This document shows, one piece after another, positions 29,866 through 40,228 of a stretch of 64,000 nucleotides of DNA. The stretch is from Clostridium sp. CAG:710. GTDB taxonomy: Bacteria; Bacillota_I; Bacilli_A; RF39; UBA660. The position numbers were made by a program, and so were the translations under genes. Numbering within the stretch: the stretch's first letter is position 1; each line of letters starts with the position of its first letter. Location of the stretch: assembly GCA_000432595.1 (NCBI GenBank), contig HF996865.1, forward strand, positions 116-64,115, in the 5' to 3' direction. The notes beneath the pieces are model-generated. The model did no database searches and was not told the origin of the DNA. It saw only the letters and a program-made list of their open reading frames with translations.

Positions 29866-30978
29866 TTACATAAACTTAAATATAAAATCTACTAAATTAC
29901 TAGTGCATTTTCCTTCATTTAGTTCAATATATTTATCCCTAAATCCTTCTACTCTATCTAAATCAAATTGATTATTCTCAATTGAATTAACTATTTCTTT
30001 TGCATCATCTGTTATAATACCAGGCATTTCTTCCTTATAGTTAATATAAAAGTTTCTTCTTCTATAATATTTATCATAATCATAACAATAAAAGAAAAGA
30101 GGCTTTTCTAATATTGAAGCTTCAAAAACTATCGCAGAATAATCAGTAATAACATAATCCCCCATAGTAATCATATCAATTGATGAAAAATATTTATCAC
30201 ATATAACTCTCTCATCCTTAATCTTAATATTAGATAATGGATGAGGCTTAACTATAAGATTATACTTTGAATAATCAATACAATTTATTAGTTCATTAAT
30301 TTTATCTATATCTTCCATACCTTTTCTAAAAGTAGGAACATATATAATATTTTTTTTGCTTTTACATTGTGGATATTTTTTAATGACTTTTTTTATAACT
30401 TCTTTTTTACGCTTTTTATCAGTCAAATAATCAACTCTAGGTAAAGGCATAACAATAACTCTATTTATATCATATCCAAATGCATCTTTAAAATACCTTC
30501 TTGTATTACTGCTACTAGTAAGTATATAATCATAATTTTTATGCATCTTCATGACTTTAGATAACTTAGAACTAGTACCTTCTTCACTATCAATTATACT
30601 AAGACCAAATTTTTTAAATGCACCTAACGCATGCCACATCTGTATTATAGTAGTATTTTTTTTCTTTTTCAATACACTAGCACAAATACAATATCCATCT
30701 AAAATTATAACCTTACTAGTAGACAAATAATACATTTGCTTAAACATATGAAAAAAGTATTTAACTTTTGAAGCAAGACCTTTTTCTATTTTTTTACATA
30801 GTACAACAACATCAATAGATGAATCACGCTTTTTTATTTCCTTTTCCAATAAAGAAATATCATCACTTTTTTTATTGCTTTGTCTTGATATAAAAGTTAT
30901 TCTTTTTCTTTGTGGAAATAATTTTATAAAGAAATATATAATATTTAAAACTAATATTCCAAATTTAACTAAAATCAT
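29866..30978 (-). CDS. CDP-glycerol glycerophosphotransferase family protein (TagB/TagF-like)
   Basis: MWHALGAFKKFG, YVPTFR and ITDYSAIVFE motifs shared with the paralogues in this locus. Confidence 0.8.
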   Translation of the reverse strand: MILVKFGILVLNIIYFFIKLFPQRKRITFISRQSNKKSDDISLLEKEIKKRDSSIDVVVLCKKIEKGLASKVKYFFHMFKQMYYLSTSKVIILDGYCICASVLKKKKNTTIIQMWHALGAFKKFGLSIIDSEEGTSSKLSKVMKMHKNYDYILTSSSNTRRYFKDAFGYDINRVIVMPLPRVDYLTDKKRKKEVIKKVIKKYPQCKSKKNIIYVPTFRKGMEDIDKINELINCIDYSKYNLIVKPHPLSNIKIKDERVICDKYFSSIDMITMGDYVITDYSAIVFEASILEKPLFFYCYDYDKYYRRRNFYINYKEEMPGIITDDAKEIVNSIENNQFDLDRVEGFRDKYIELNEGKCTSNLVDFIFKFM

Positions 30979-30987
30979 AACATTCTC

Positions 30988-32130
30988 CTACTTATTATCC
31001 ATAAAATACTTAACAACCCTTTTAGTTGATTTACCATCACAAGAAGAACAAAAGTAATTATAAAAACTATCAAGTTTACCTAAATCAACCTTTGCAGTTT
31101 TAATTTCTTTTAAAAGAGAATTAAAATTTTTAACAACTGGCCCATATGTATATTTAGATAATGGATAATAAAAATCTCTACTCTTTTTATATTCATCTAA
31201 ATCCGGAGTATAGAATATAACAGGCTTTTTAAAGAAAGAATACTCAAATATAACAGATGAATAATCAGTTATTAATATATCAGTAATAAACAAGATATCA
31301 TTTATTTCCCTCTCACTTGTCATATCAATATAAAATGAATCCTTTTCAATTTTATAAATAGGTCTATTTTTTATAAAAGGATGAAGCTTTATTATACAAA
31401 CATATTCATCACTAAAAGTATCACTAAACCTCTTAAAGTCAAACCAATCAAAATTATAATGAGCAGCTTTTTGACCAGCACCTCTAAAAGTAGGCGCAAA
31501 TAATATAACCTTTTTATCCTTTAAAACAGGATACTTTTTATAATATGTATTTTTTACTTTATCAGCATATTTTTTATCAAAGAATATATCAGTTCTAGGA
31601 ATTCCTAAAGCATGAACTTTATCAATAGAAATACCAAAAGCTTCAGCATAATCTTTTCTAATATTTTCACTGCTTACAATAGCACCAGTATAATTCTTAT
31701 GCGTTAGTGAGTTCTTAGCAGGACCCCCATCCTTATCTAATCTACTATAACCAACTCTTTTAAAAGCTCCCATCGCATGCCATAACTGTATAAGATTTGT
31801 TCCTTTTCTAAGTTTTAATGCATAAATAATAGGATAAAAATCATCTAAATAAATATACTTTGAAGTTGAAATAAGATACATTAATCTAATACTTTGACTA
31901 AATGTATATCTAACTTTAAGACTTGATTTAAGCATCAAGTTAATATCATATTTGTTTTTCTTCTTTATCTCATCATAAACAAACTTAAAATTACCAGTTA
32001 AAGAGGCACGTGAAGCCGATAAGAATAACACTCTATCATCATTTAATCTGTTAAAGAAACAGAAAATTTTATATAAAATTATATAAAATATCTGTCTTAC
32101 TCTTTGTAAAAATGGTTTTAAAACATTCAT
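30988..32130 (-). CDS. CDP-glycerol glycerophosphotransferase family protein (TagB/TagF-like)
   Basis: LWHAMGAFKRVGY, FAPTFRG and ITDYSSVIFEY motifs. The ATG at 32130 is preferred over the TTG at 32145. Confidence 0.85.
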   Translation of the reverse strand: MNVLKPFLQRVRQIFYIILYKIFCFFNRLNDDRVLFLSASRASLTGNFKFVYDEIKKKNKYDINLMLKSSLKVRYTFSQSIRLMYLISTSKYIYLDDFYPIIYALKLRKGTNLIQLWHAMGAFKRVGYSRLDKDGGPAKNSLTHKNYTGAIVSSENIRKDYAEAFGISIDKVHALGIPRTDIFFDKKYADKVKNTYYKKYPVLKDKKVILFAPTFRGAGQKAAHYNFDWFDFKRFSDTFSDEYVCIIKLHPFIKNRPIYKIEKDSFYIDMTSEREINDILFITDILITDYSSVIFEYSFFKKPVIFYTPDLDEYKKSRDFYYPLSKYTYGPVVKNFNSLLKEIKTAKVDLGKLDSFYNYFCSSCDGKSTKRVVKYFMDNK

Positions 32131-32148
32131 AATATCGCCACACAATCA

Positions 32149-34797
32149 TTATAACTTTTTGTTTAACTTCATTATTTCTTTATAAACTCTTTGACTATTC
32201 TTATTATCCCTATAAAAGAAGAAATTCTTCATTCTTTTTTCATATTTTTTATCTAATTTACATCCTGATTTTATTAATTTGATAATTTCATCTAAGAAAC
32301 TATCATAATCCTTACAATTTGGACCAAATCCATGCTTATCATAATCAAAGTATCCCTTATTATAATAGTGAACATCAAAAATATGGTCAAAATCAAAGTT
32401 AGCATATATAACAGGTTTATTTAAATATGCAAAATCACACGCAGCAGATGAATAATCTGTAACTAAGAATTTTGAAGTTACTGTTTCATATTGAGAATTA
32501 ACATCAATTGCGAATTCAACATATTCATTACCAACAAAATCATGGAACTGTGCCCTAAAACTTGGATGAATACAGAATTTTACTTTAAGTCCAGATTCTT
32601 TTAATACATCTAAGAATCTAGGATCAGAGAATAATCTCTTATAGAACAAGAAATATTCACTTTCCTTAAACTTTGGATTGTATTGTCTATGTTGACTTCC
32701 AGGTATTACAGGTCCTGTTAGAGTACTCCTCCAACTAGGCATAAATAAAATTTTATTTTCTTCTTTCTCTTTCATATTCATCAAGTTATCATATCTTGGC
32801 ATACCAGTTTTAATTATTTGATCAGGTTCAAAGAAATATTTATCATCAAGTAGGCTTTCATATTCCATTGGACTTGTCGCAACATTTAATGCAAAGTTCT
32901 TGTTTATTCTGTTTAACCACAAAGAAGAATCATGAAGTAAAATTCCGTGTGTTAAATATACATATTTAAATCTATAAAAATCTACATAATAATTACGTTT
33001 TTTACCAAATTCATTATTTACATATCCATCAGCATGAGAAGATATTAAGAATTTAGCATGAAGAAATAACATCTTATATTTTAATCCATGATAAGCAACT
33101 ACTCTTCCATATTCCTGCATCCTCTTATAATCCAAAGAAGACTTCTCTACTGCAAAATAAGTTTTAATCTTCTTATCTTTATTTGTCTTATTAAAGTATT
33201 TAAATAATACCTCAGCACTATCTCCTGCCATAAACTCTCTATCAGCAAATAAGAATATATTTTTACTCATAAATGGTTTAGTTAACCAATATAGAGTTCT
33301 AATAACACCTACTTTAGGTTGACGAACAAAAATCCTAGCAAGATAATTTAATTCTCTACCGATAACAGATAATATAGATGGATTCTTTCTTATATTTATT
33401 TGATTCTTATCCTTATTTTGAGTAAATAAATACTTCTTTTCATAATAATAAGCATTTTTCCTACCACTTAATCTTGAAAAATGAACAAGCTTATTATTTA
33501 ATTTATATCTTACACCATCAATTTCTAAATAAAACTTGATTACTCCACCATCTTTAACATTAATTATTGTTTTGTACTCACGTTTATTCATATCTACATT
33601 TAAATCTGTTGTTGATGGTGATTTTCTTAAAATAGTAGGAAGTTTAGTGAATACCCCATTATATTCATAATATATATTAAATTCGCCAATATAACTTACA
33701 TTTCCAATAATAAGAAGGTCATTGTCATTTTTCATTTCAAAAATCTCAATACTATTAGCTATTTTACCCACTTCATCAACCAAAACATTATTAACATAAA
33801 ATAAGTTATCTTTTATACTAATCTTTTTACTTAAGTTTTTATCATATTTAAGAAAATATGCTTCTAGTTTTTCATATATTCCTATATTTCTTTGTTCTGC
33901 GATTACCGTATCATCAATATAAGACATTAAATATCTCAAGTTTGTCCTGTACATTTCTTTTTGTTCAAGAGTTAGTGCGGCTTTGATTCCACTTTTAATT
34001 CTCCATTGTAATTCATACATTATAAAATATTGAACATAAGGAATTACCTTACCAAATTTTTCCATAGACAACTTAATAAGATATTTATGAGCATATTCAA
34101 TAGTATCTGTATACCAATAAACTTTAGTTTTAGATCCTTGTATAGCAGAACTTTGATCTTCTCTTTTCCTATAATTATAATTAGAAGAAGAAATTATTCC
34201 GTACTTTAACTTATTTAATATAATTTGATATAAAACCTTTGTATCCTCACAAATTCTAAGTCTAGAATCAAAAGGATCAACAGGAATAGCTTCTCTACGA
34301 ATAACTGATGTATTAACGTGTAATACAATAGAAGAAGGTTCTTCATTAACATCAACAATTCCATCACGAGTAAATTTATAATCTAATGCGTGATACCCAG
34401 TACTCTTTTCAAAAAACTTTAATCTAAATGCAACTAAATCAACAGAAAGGTTGGAATCCAAAAATTTAACAGCTTTTTCATATACATTTCTATCCCAAAT
34501 ATCATCACTATCAAAAAAATTAACATACTTACCTGTTGCATGTTTTAAACCATTATTTCTTGCAGAACTTACTCCTGCATTTTCTTGTTTTATATAAACC
34601 ACATTATCAGGATACTTTTCCTTATATTTTAAACAAATCTCTTCAGAATTATCCGGAGAACCATCATTTACTAAAATCATTTGAATATTATCAAATCCAA
34701 TAGTTTGATTAACAACACTTTCTATAGTTTCCTCCAAATATTTTTCTACATTATAAACAGGAATTATAACTGATATTTTGTACTCTTTTTTCTTCAT
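32149..34797 (-). CDS. bifunctional GT2 glycosyltransferase / CDP-glycerol glycerophosphotransferase (TarL/TagF-like polymerase)
   Basis: N-terminal GT2 (SVIIPVYNVEKYL, VNDGSPD, FFDSDD). C-terminal TagF-type domain (THGILLHD, FMPSWR, VTDYSSAACDFAY). Confidence 0.85.
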   Translation of the reverse strand: MKKKEYKISVIIPVYNVEKYLEETIESVVNQTIGFDNIQMILVNDGSPDNSEEICLKYKEKYPDNVVYIKQENAGVSSARNNGLKHATGKYVNFFDSDDIWDRNVYEKAVKFLDSNLSVDLVAFRLKFFEKSTGYHALDYKFTRDGIVDVNEEPSSIVLHVNTSVIRREAIPVDPFDSRLRICEDTKVLYQIILNKLKYGIISSSNYNYRKREDQSSAIQGSKTKVYWYTDTIEYAHKYLIKLSMEKFGKVIPYVQYFIMYELQWRIKSGIKAALTLEQKEMYRTNLRYLMSYIDDTVIAEQRNIGIYEKLEAYFLKYDKNLSKKISIKDNLFYVNNVLVDEVGKIANSIEIFEMKNDNDLLIIGNVSYIGEFNIYYEYNGVFTKLPTILRKSPSTTDLNVDMNKREYKTIINVKDGGVIKFYLEIDGVRYKLNNKLVHFSRLSGRKNAYYYEKKYLFTQNKDKNQINIRKNPSILSVIGRELNYLARIFVRQPKVGVIRTLYWLTKPFMSKNIFLFADREFMAGDSAEVLFKYFNKTNKDKKIKTYFAVEKSSLDYKRMQEYGRVVAYHGLKYKMLFLHAKFLISSHADGYVNNEFGKKRNYYVDFYRFKYVYLTHGILLHDSSLWLNRINKNFALNVATSPMEYESLLDDKYFFEPDQIIKTGMPRYDNLMNMKEKEENKILFMPSWRSTLTGPVIPGSQHRQYNPKFKESEYFLFYKRLFSDPRFLDVLKESGLKVKFCIHPSFRAQFHDFVGNEYVEFAIDVNSQYETVTSKFLVTDYSSAACDFAYLNKPVIYANFDFDHIFDVHYYNKGYFDYDKHGFGPNCKDYDSFLDEIIKLIKSGCKLDKKYEKRMKNFFFYRDNKNSQRVYKEIMKLNKKL

Positions 34798-34871
34798 TAT
34801 ATTGCCTCCAACTTTAACTTATCATGTTACAAATAAATTATATCAAATACCATCATATTTATCAACGTATA

Positions 34872-37502
34872 TTACGTAAGAGTTCTCTTCTTATCATAAT
34901 AACAAAGTATACCAAATGCAATGAAACCAACAATTGTTGCAAAAGAACAAGCCTCTTTAAATGGCTCATTATACTTATATTCAATAACATGTTCACCGCT
35001 AGGTAAAGCTATAGATAAAAATGATTTATCTGTAGCGAATGTATTCACCCGTTTACCATCTACTAACACATTCCATCCCTTAGAATAACCTGTGGAAAGT
35101 TGTAATATGCCATCAACATCATTATTAATTTTACCCTTTATGTAACCATCCTTCCAGTCTTCTATTTCAAACTTGTTTTTTGATAAGGTTTCAATTTTCT
35201 CTGAATATGAATCCATAGAAACTGCATAAACTTCTATACTTGAGACCTTATATTCTCTATCTTTTCTTGCATCAATTACTATTTTATTACTATCATTTGA
35301 AGAGACATATCCCAAGTTTAATAATAATTCAGGAATTTCTTGGTAATAAGCAGAAACAAATTTATTTGCGAAACTTTTTGTATTAACAACATCATCTCTT
35401 ACCGCCGTAATATCATAACTATAAGATCCATCATATGATTTTAATATTTCAAAGCCAACTATATTTACAAAAATATTAGAATTTGAAACTCCATCACAAT
35501 CAAGTTCAAAATGTGAGTTATTCCTATCTCTATCAGTAATCTTACAATCAAGCTTTTTAATATTATCAATGTTAGGCATATTATTATTAATATCTAATTC
35601 ACCTACTACATCCTTACTTTTTATAGAAACAGTAGATAAATTGGACTCTTCCTTATATAATGGATCTAACTTATTATAATCTTTTTCTAAAACATAATTA
35701 TCATAAAAAATAAACGGAGAAAGATAATATTTATTCTTTAAAACAAGTGTATTACCATTGTTAAAATCCATATAATCATAATATCCATATGGAACCTTTT
35801 CTAAATTGCTTTTATCAACAATAAAGTATTTACCACCCAATATATTAGTAGCAATAGTCCTATTGTCAAAATTTCCAATACTATTACTTGTACGTCTAAC
35901 AGAATTATTTAAATCCTTACTATAATTAACTTGAGCTCCATTAACAAGTGAAAGATAGGAATCAAAACTATTATAATTATAGAGAATAGATAAATTTCCA
36001 TATGAATTAGGATACTTGCTAATTCTATAGAAACCATCATCAGACTCTTTTATTTTATCAATAATCTTATCAAAGTCATTAAAAGAACCACCAGACTCTT
36101 TATAAACATAATCTAAATTTTTATATTGTAAAAACCACTTAGAATATCTATAACCATGTGAACTATAATAATATAAACCATTAAATGTAACATTAAGACA
36201 AACAACTATTAAAAGTGCATATTTAGAAATTTTATTTATCTTAAACCTATAATTTAAAATAAATATAGCTAATATTAAAAGTGCAAACAATAATTCCATT
36301 TTATATTCAAATTTATCTAGAGAATAACTAAATTTAAAATAAAGTGCGAAATATATTAATGTAGTAAAAGACATAAGTATAATTTCTTTAATAGAAAACT
36401 CTATATTATCTTTTAATGCACATGGTATAAACCAAGCAAGTAAAAATATAAATGTAAATATCCACCTATTAGATGGAAAAGAAAGTCCATTCATTATTGA
36501 ACCAAAAATTGGAAACAACAACATTATAAACATAATGATAAATAGCACCACTTCTTTTTTATGTTCTTTATAGTTCTTAAAAATAATCGGTATTAAAATA
36601 ATAACTAAAGAAGAAACTCCTATCTGTATCCAAAAATCATAAGACTTAACTATAGTAAATGTTCTAATAAAGTCATAATAATATTGAATTGGATACAACC
36701 CAGTTAAAGTATTTCTATTTAAGGAAGTCATATTTAAAAAAGTGTATACAACAGGAATAAGAAGAGAGCTGGCCATTAAAAATGCAATAGCAAAGCAAAT
36801 GAAAGCTTTTAATACAAGTATAAAGAATTCTTTAATGCTCTTTTGCTTAACATCAAAAATATACATAACTAAAGCATATAATATTCCCATAACAAACATT
36901 ATATATGAAAAATAAAAATTAGATAATAAACAAAAGAAAAATATAACTGTAAGAAAAACTTTTTTATCTTCTCTAATAAGTTTTTCAATCCCTATAATAA
37001 GAAGAGGAAATAATATCATAGGATTAGTAAAATAAGGATGCCTTGCAGATGCAAAAATAATAAAACTACAAAAAGTATATATAATCGCACTAAGTAAGCT
37101 TTTATAATTAGAAACATTTTTATATTTACAATAACATAACATACTAATTCCAACAAAGAATATTCTAACTATAATCAAAAAAGAATATACAAAAGGATAT
37201 GCACTTTTTGGAAACAATAATCCAATATATGCAAAAACATCACCAATAATATAATAAGCATATTGTGCAATTACATTTTCTCCTAGTCCTATACTCCATT
37301 TAAAAGTACTAAAACCATTCCCCAGCAAAAAATTCTTTAAACTAGATATATAATCACAAAAAATAATATAATGTTGTCTACTACCATCATCATCTAATAT
37401 AAGGCTTCTACCATTAGAATAAAATGGGTAAAATATAATTAAACTAATTATAGTAAAAAGTATAGTATAACAAATAAATAATTTAACTTTTTTCTTCTTC
37501 AT
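34872..37502 (-). CDS. YfhO-family membrane glycosyltransferase (GT-C)
   Basis: About 13 TM helices followed by a large C-terminal extracytoplasmic domain and a terminal TM helix. Start set to the ATG at 37502, after AGGAGG. Confidence 0.75.
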   Translation of the reverse strand: MKKKKVKLFICYTILFTIISLIIFYPFYSNGRSLILDDDGSRQHYIIFCDYISSLKNFLLGNGFSTFKWSIGLGENVIAQYAYYIIGDVFAYIGLLFPKSAYPFVYSFLIIVRIFFVGISMLCYCKYKNVSNYKSLLSAIIYTFCSFIIFASARHPYFTNPMILFPLLIIGIEKLIREDKKVFLTVIFFFCLLSNFYFSYIMFVMGILYALVMYIFDVKQKSIKEFFILVLKAFICFAIAFLMASSLLIPVVYTFLNMTSLNRNTLTGLYPIQYYYDFIRTFTIVKSYDFWIQIGVSSLVIILIPIIFKNYKEHKKEVVLFIIMFIMLLFPIFGSIMNGLSFPSNRWIFTFIFLLAWFIPCALKDNIEFSIKEIILMSFTTLIYFALYFKFSYSLDKFEYKMELLFALLILAIFILNYRFKINKISKYALLIVVCLNVTFNGLYYYSSHGYRYSKWFLQYKNLDYVYKESGGSFNDFDKIIDKIKESDDGFYRISKYPNSYGNLSILYNYNSFDSYLSLVNGAQVNYSKDLNNSVRRTSNSIGNFDNRTIATNILGGKYFIVDKSNLEKVPYGYYDYMDFNNGNTLVLKNKYYLSPFIFYDNYVLEKDYNKLDPLYKEESNLSTVSIKSKDVVGELDINNNMPNIDNIKKLDCKITDRDRNNSHFELDCDGVSNSNIFVNIVGFEILKSYDGSYSYDITAVRDDVVNTKSFANKFVSAYYQEIPELLLNLGYVSSNDSNKIVIDARKDREYKVSSIEVYAVSMDSYSEKIETLSKNKFEIEDWKDGYIKGKINNDVDGILQLSTGYSKGWNVLVDGKRVNTFATDKSFLSIALPSGEHVIEYKYNEPFKEACSFATIVGFIAFGILCYYDKKRTLT

Positions 37503-37532
37503 ATGTATCCTCCTCATGTAAAATTCATCTAA

Positions 37533-38231
37533 TTACTCAGAAGATAATGCATCTGCAATCTTCAAATCAGTAATATTAGTAATTTTAATATTATAAGATT
37601 CCCCATTTACTATTGCTACTTTATATCCTTTTATAGAAAATATTTTACAAGCATCAGTTAAAATGTCTTTCTCTTCAGATGTAAGAGAATTATATAAATT
37701 AATAAGTTCTTCTATATTAAAACTTTGTGGTGTTTGTCCTTGATACATAAATGCTCTATTTGGAATATTTGATATTACTTTTCCATCAAGACTTTCAACA
37801 ATAGTATCAGTAGCTGGAATAACAGTATCAACCGCACTACTTTCTTCCAATGCCTTAATATTATCACTTATAATTCTTTCAGTAACAAAAGGTCTAACTG
37901 CATCATGTGTAATTATCTTATCATCACTACTTAAGCCATATTTTTCACTAATAAACTTACACCCATTCATTATTGTTTCGTTCCTTGTAGATCCTCCTAC
38001 AACAATATCAATATCAGTATCTGGTAAATATTCAGCAATTAAAACCTCTGTATATGATACCCATTCTTTAGGACAACAAACAAGTATTTTATCGATCTCA
38101 CTACTTTTTAAGAATTGTTCAATTGTATGTATAAGTATTGGCTTATTCTTAAGCATTAAAAATTGTTTAGGTCTCTCGGTCTTACCCATTCTAGTACCTT
38201 TTCCACCAGCTAATATTTCTGCATATATCAT
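37533..38231 (-). CDS. tarI: TarI/IspD-family cytidylyltransferase (probable polyol-phosphate, e.g. ribitol-5-phosphate, cytidylyltransferase)
   Basis: MIYAEILAGGKGTRMG...PKQFLMLKNKPILIHTIEQF. Start set to the ATG at 38231, after AGGAG. Located in the teichoic acid locus. Confidence 0.8.
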   Translation of the reverse strand: MIYAEILAGGKGTRMGKTERPKQFLMLKNKPILIHTIEQFLKSSEIDKILVCCPKEWVSYTEVLIAEYLPDTDIDIVVGGSTRNETIMNGCKFISEKYGLSSDDKIITHDAVRPFVTERIISDNIKALEESSAVDTVIPATDTIVESLDGKVISNIPNRAFMYQGQTPQSFNIEELINLYNSLTSEEKDILTDACKIFSIKGYKVAIVNGESYNIKITNITDLKIADALSSE

Positions 38232-38235
38232 AAAA

Positions 38236-39405
38236 TCACTCCTTATCTTTAAAAATAAATTCATATGTTTTCTTGGTAGAATTTCCATCACAAGATGACA
38301 TAAATTTATCCTTAAACTTTTTTCTTTCTTTTCTCTTCATTTTTGCTTCCTTAATGGAAGTGGCTAACTCTAAAGAATTCTTCGCAACGCTTCCATATAC
38401 ATAATCATTAAAAGGATAATATAATCCTCTATCATTCTCATATTCTTCCAAATCATAAGTAAAATATACAACTGGCTTATCAAGAAGGACATAATCAAAT
38501 ATAACAGATGAATAATCAGTAACTAAAATATCACTAACAATAAGTAAATCATTTATATCCCTATATTTAGATAAATCCCAATAAAAATCACCATATTTAC
38601 TAAAGTCATATCTTTCTAATATATTTAGTTGCATATTATTATAAATTGCTGGATGCCATTTAAACACAAATACATAATCTTTAGAAAGCTTTTTATATAA
38701 TAAATCTAAATCTAATTTATCAAATTCATAATTTGCAACCTTAAGGTTAGTTCCTCTATAAGTAGGCGCAAAAAGAATAATTCTTTTGCCTTTTAATTCA
38801 GGATATTCCTTATAAAATTTAGTTTTAACTTTTTTAATATAATCTTGATCAAAGAAACAGTCACATCTAGGAAAACCAGTCGCAGATACAACTCCCTTCT
38901 TTTTCATACCAAAACCTTCTTCAAAACACCATTTGATTGAAGGAGAAGTTACTATTGCCTTAGTATAATTTCTATGTGATGCATATTTAGAGAACATTCC
39001 ACTTTTTTTATCTGGTCTACTATAGCCCATTTTTTTAAATGCTCCAGGTCCATGCCAAAGTTGAACAATTTCTTGATTCTTTCTAGGTATCATCATAGAA
39101 ATACTATTAGAAAAGTCATCAAGTAAAATATATTTAGAAGTAGATAAAAGCTTAATTAGCTTTAACTTTTCACCTATACTTCTTTTTACTCTTCTATCTG
39201 CTTTAAGTGAGACAATTTTTTTATAATAATCAGAATCAAGATAATCATACATCACTTTCAAATTTCCACCTAAAGTATCTCTAACATCAGATAAAAAAAG
39301 AACCTGATTAGATTTTAACCTATGAGTTATATTAAAATATATATTAATACAATGTATTACAAAAATTTCAAAAATCTTTTTTACCTTTCCAAATATCTTC
39401 ATCAT
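38236..39405 (-). CDS. CDP-glycerol glycerophosphotransferase family protein (TagB/TarK-like)
   Basis: LWHGPGAFKKMGY, FAPTYRG and VTDYSSVIFDY motifs. Confidence 0.85.
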   Translation of the reverse strand: MMKIFGKVKKIFEIFVIHCINIYFNITHRLKSNQVLFLSDVRDTLGGNLKVMYDYLDSDYYKKIVSLKADRRVKRSIGEKLKLIKLLSTSKYILLDDFSNSISMMIPRKNQEIVQLWHGPGAFKKMGYSRPDKKSGMFSKYASHRNYTKAIVTSPSIKWCFEEGFGMKKKGVVSATGFPRCDCFFDQDYIKKVKTKFYKEYPELKGKRIILFAPTYRGTNLKVANYEFDKLDLDLLYKKLSKDYVFVFKWHPAIYNNMQLNILERYDFSKYGDFYWDLSKYRDINDLLIVSDILVTDYSSVIFDYVLLDKPVVYFTYDLEEYENDRGLYYPFNDYVYGSVAKNSLELATSIKEAKMKRKERKKFKDKFMSSCDGNSTKKTYEFIFKDKE

Positions 39406-39501
39406 ACACACTACCTCTATGTAATTATATCTTAAAAAGCAATCTTTTTAAAGTGTGTTTACATCTTTTGTCGAAAAAAGTAAAAAAAAAGACTAATTTA
39501 A

Positions 39502-40218
39502 TTAGCCTAAATTACTATATACATTTTGAACATCATCTATATCTTCAAGTGTATCAATTAAGTTTTGTACCTTTTCAGTTTGTTCTTCATCAAGTTCAAT
39601 TAAGTTACTAGCAACAAATGTAACCTCACTAGTAATAAATTCCTTAACACCTAATTCTTCTAAAGCTTCTTTAACCTTAATGAAATCCTCAACTGGAGTA
39701 TAAATCTCATAGTTATCATCATTAACAACAAAATCAAGTGCTCCATTATCAAGTGCAACCATCATAGCTTCATCTTCATCAACACTCTTATCAGTAACAA
39801 TTACTCCTTTTCTCTCAAATAAATAACTTACTGAACCATCAGTTCCTAAGTTACCCCCACGTTTTGTTAATGTAGATCTAACAAGCATCGCAGTTCTGTT
39901 TCTATTATCAGTTAAACAATCAATCATTAATGCAACTCCACTTGGTCCATATCCTTCATATCTAACTGATTCGTATTCTTCACCACCAGCTCCACCTACA
40001 GCTTTATCAATAGCCTTTTGAATATTATCCTTAGGCATATTGTTACTTCTAGCCTTTTCAAGTACTGCTCTTAAACCAGGATTATCATCAGGATTTCCAT
40101 TAGTTCCTTTTGCAGCAACATAAATTTCTTTAGCAATTTTTTGAAAAACTTTTCCTCTAGCAGCATCCAATTCACCTTTTTTTCTATGAATTGTTGCCCA
40201 TTTTGAATGTCCACTCAT
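39502..40218 (-). CDS. yebC: YebC/PmpR-family DNA-binding regulator
   Basis: MSGHSKWATIHRKKG...KARSNNMPKDNI is diagnostic. Confidence 0.95.
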   Translation of the reverse strand: MSGHSKWATIHRKKGELDAARGKVFQKIAKEIYVAAKGTNGNPDDNPGLRAVLEKARSNNMPKDNIQKAIDKAVGGAGGEEYESVRYEGYGPSGVALMIDCLTDNRNRTAMLVRSTLTKRGGNLGTDGSVSYLFERKGVIVTDKSVDEDEAMMVALDNGALDFVVNDDNYEIYTPVEDFIKVKEALEELGVKEFITSEVTFVASNLIELDEEQTEKVQNLIDTLEDIDDVQNVYSNLG

Positions 40219-40228
40219 AAATACTCTC

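Noticed and set aside
37533-38231. Calling this gene ispD of the MEP isoprenoid pathway.
   Set aside because: The gene is embedded in a teichoic acid locus and the PKQFL.L.NKPILIHT pattern matches TarI-type enzymes. No other MEP genes are nearby, although the substrate cannot be proven from sequence.
37533-38291. The 20-aa N-terminal extension of the cytidylyltransferase ORF (MMEILPRKHMNLFLKIRSDF) and its 56-nt overlap with the upstream TagB-like gene.
   Set aside because: The conserved family N-terminus (MIYAEILAGGKGTRMG) begins at the ATG at 38231, which has an AGGAG RBS. The extension is just the open frame running into the upstream gene.
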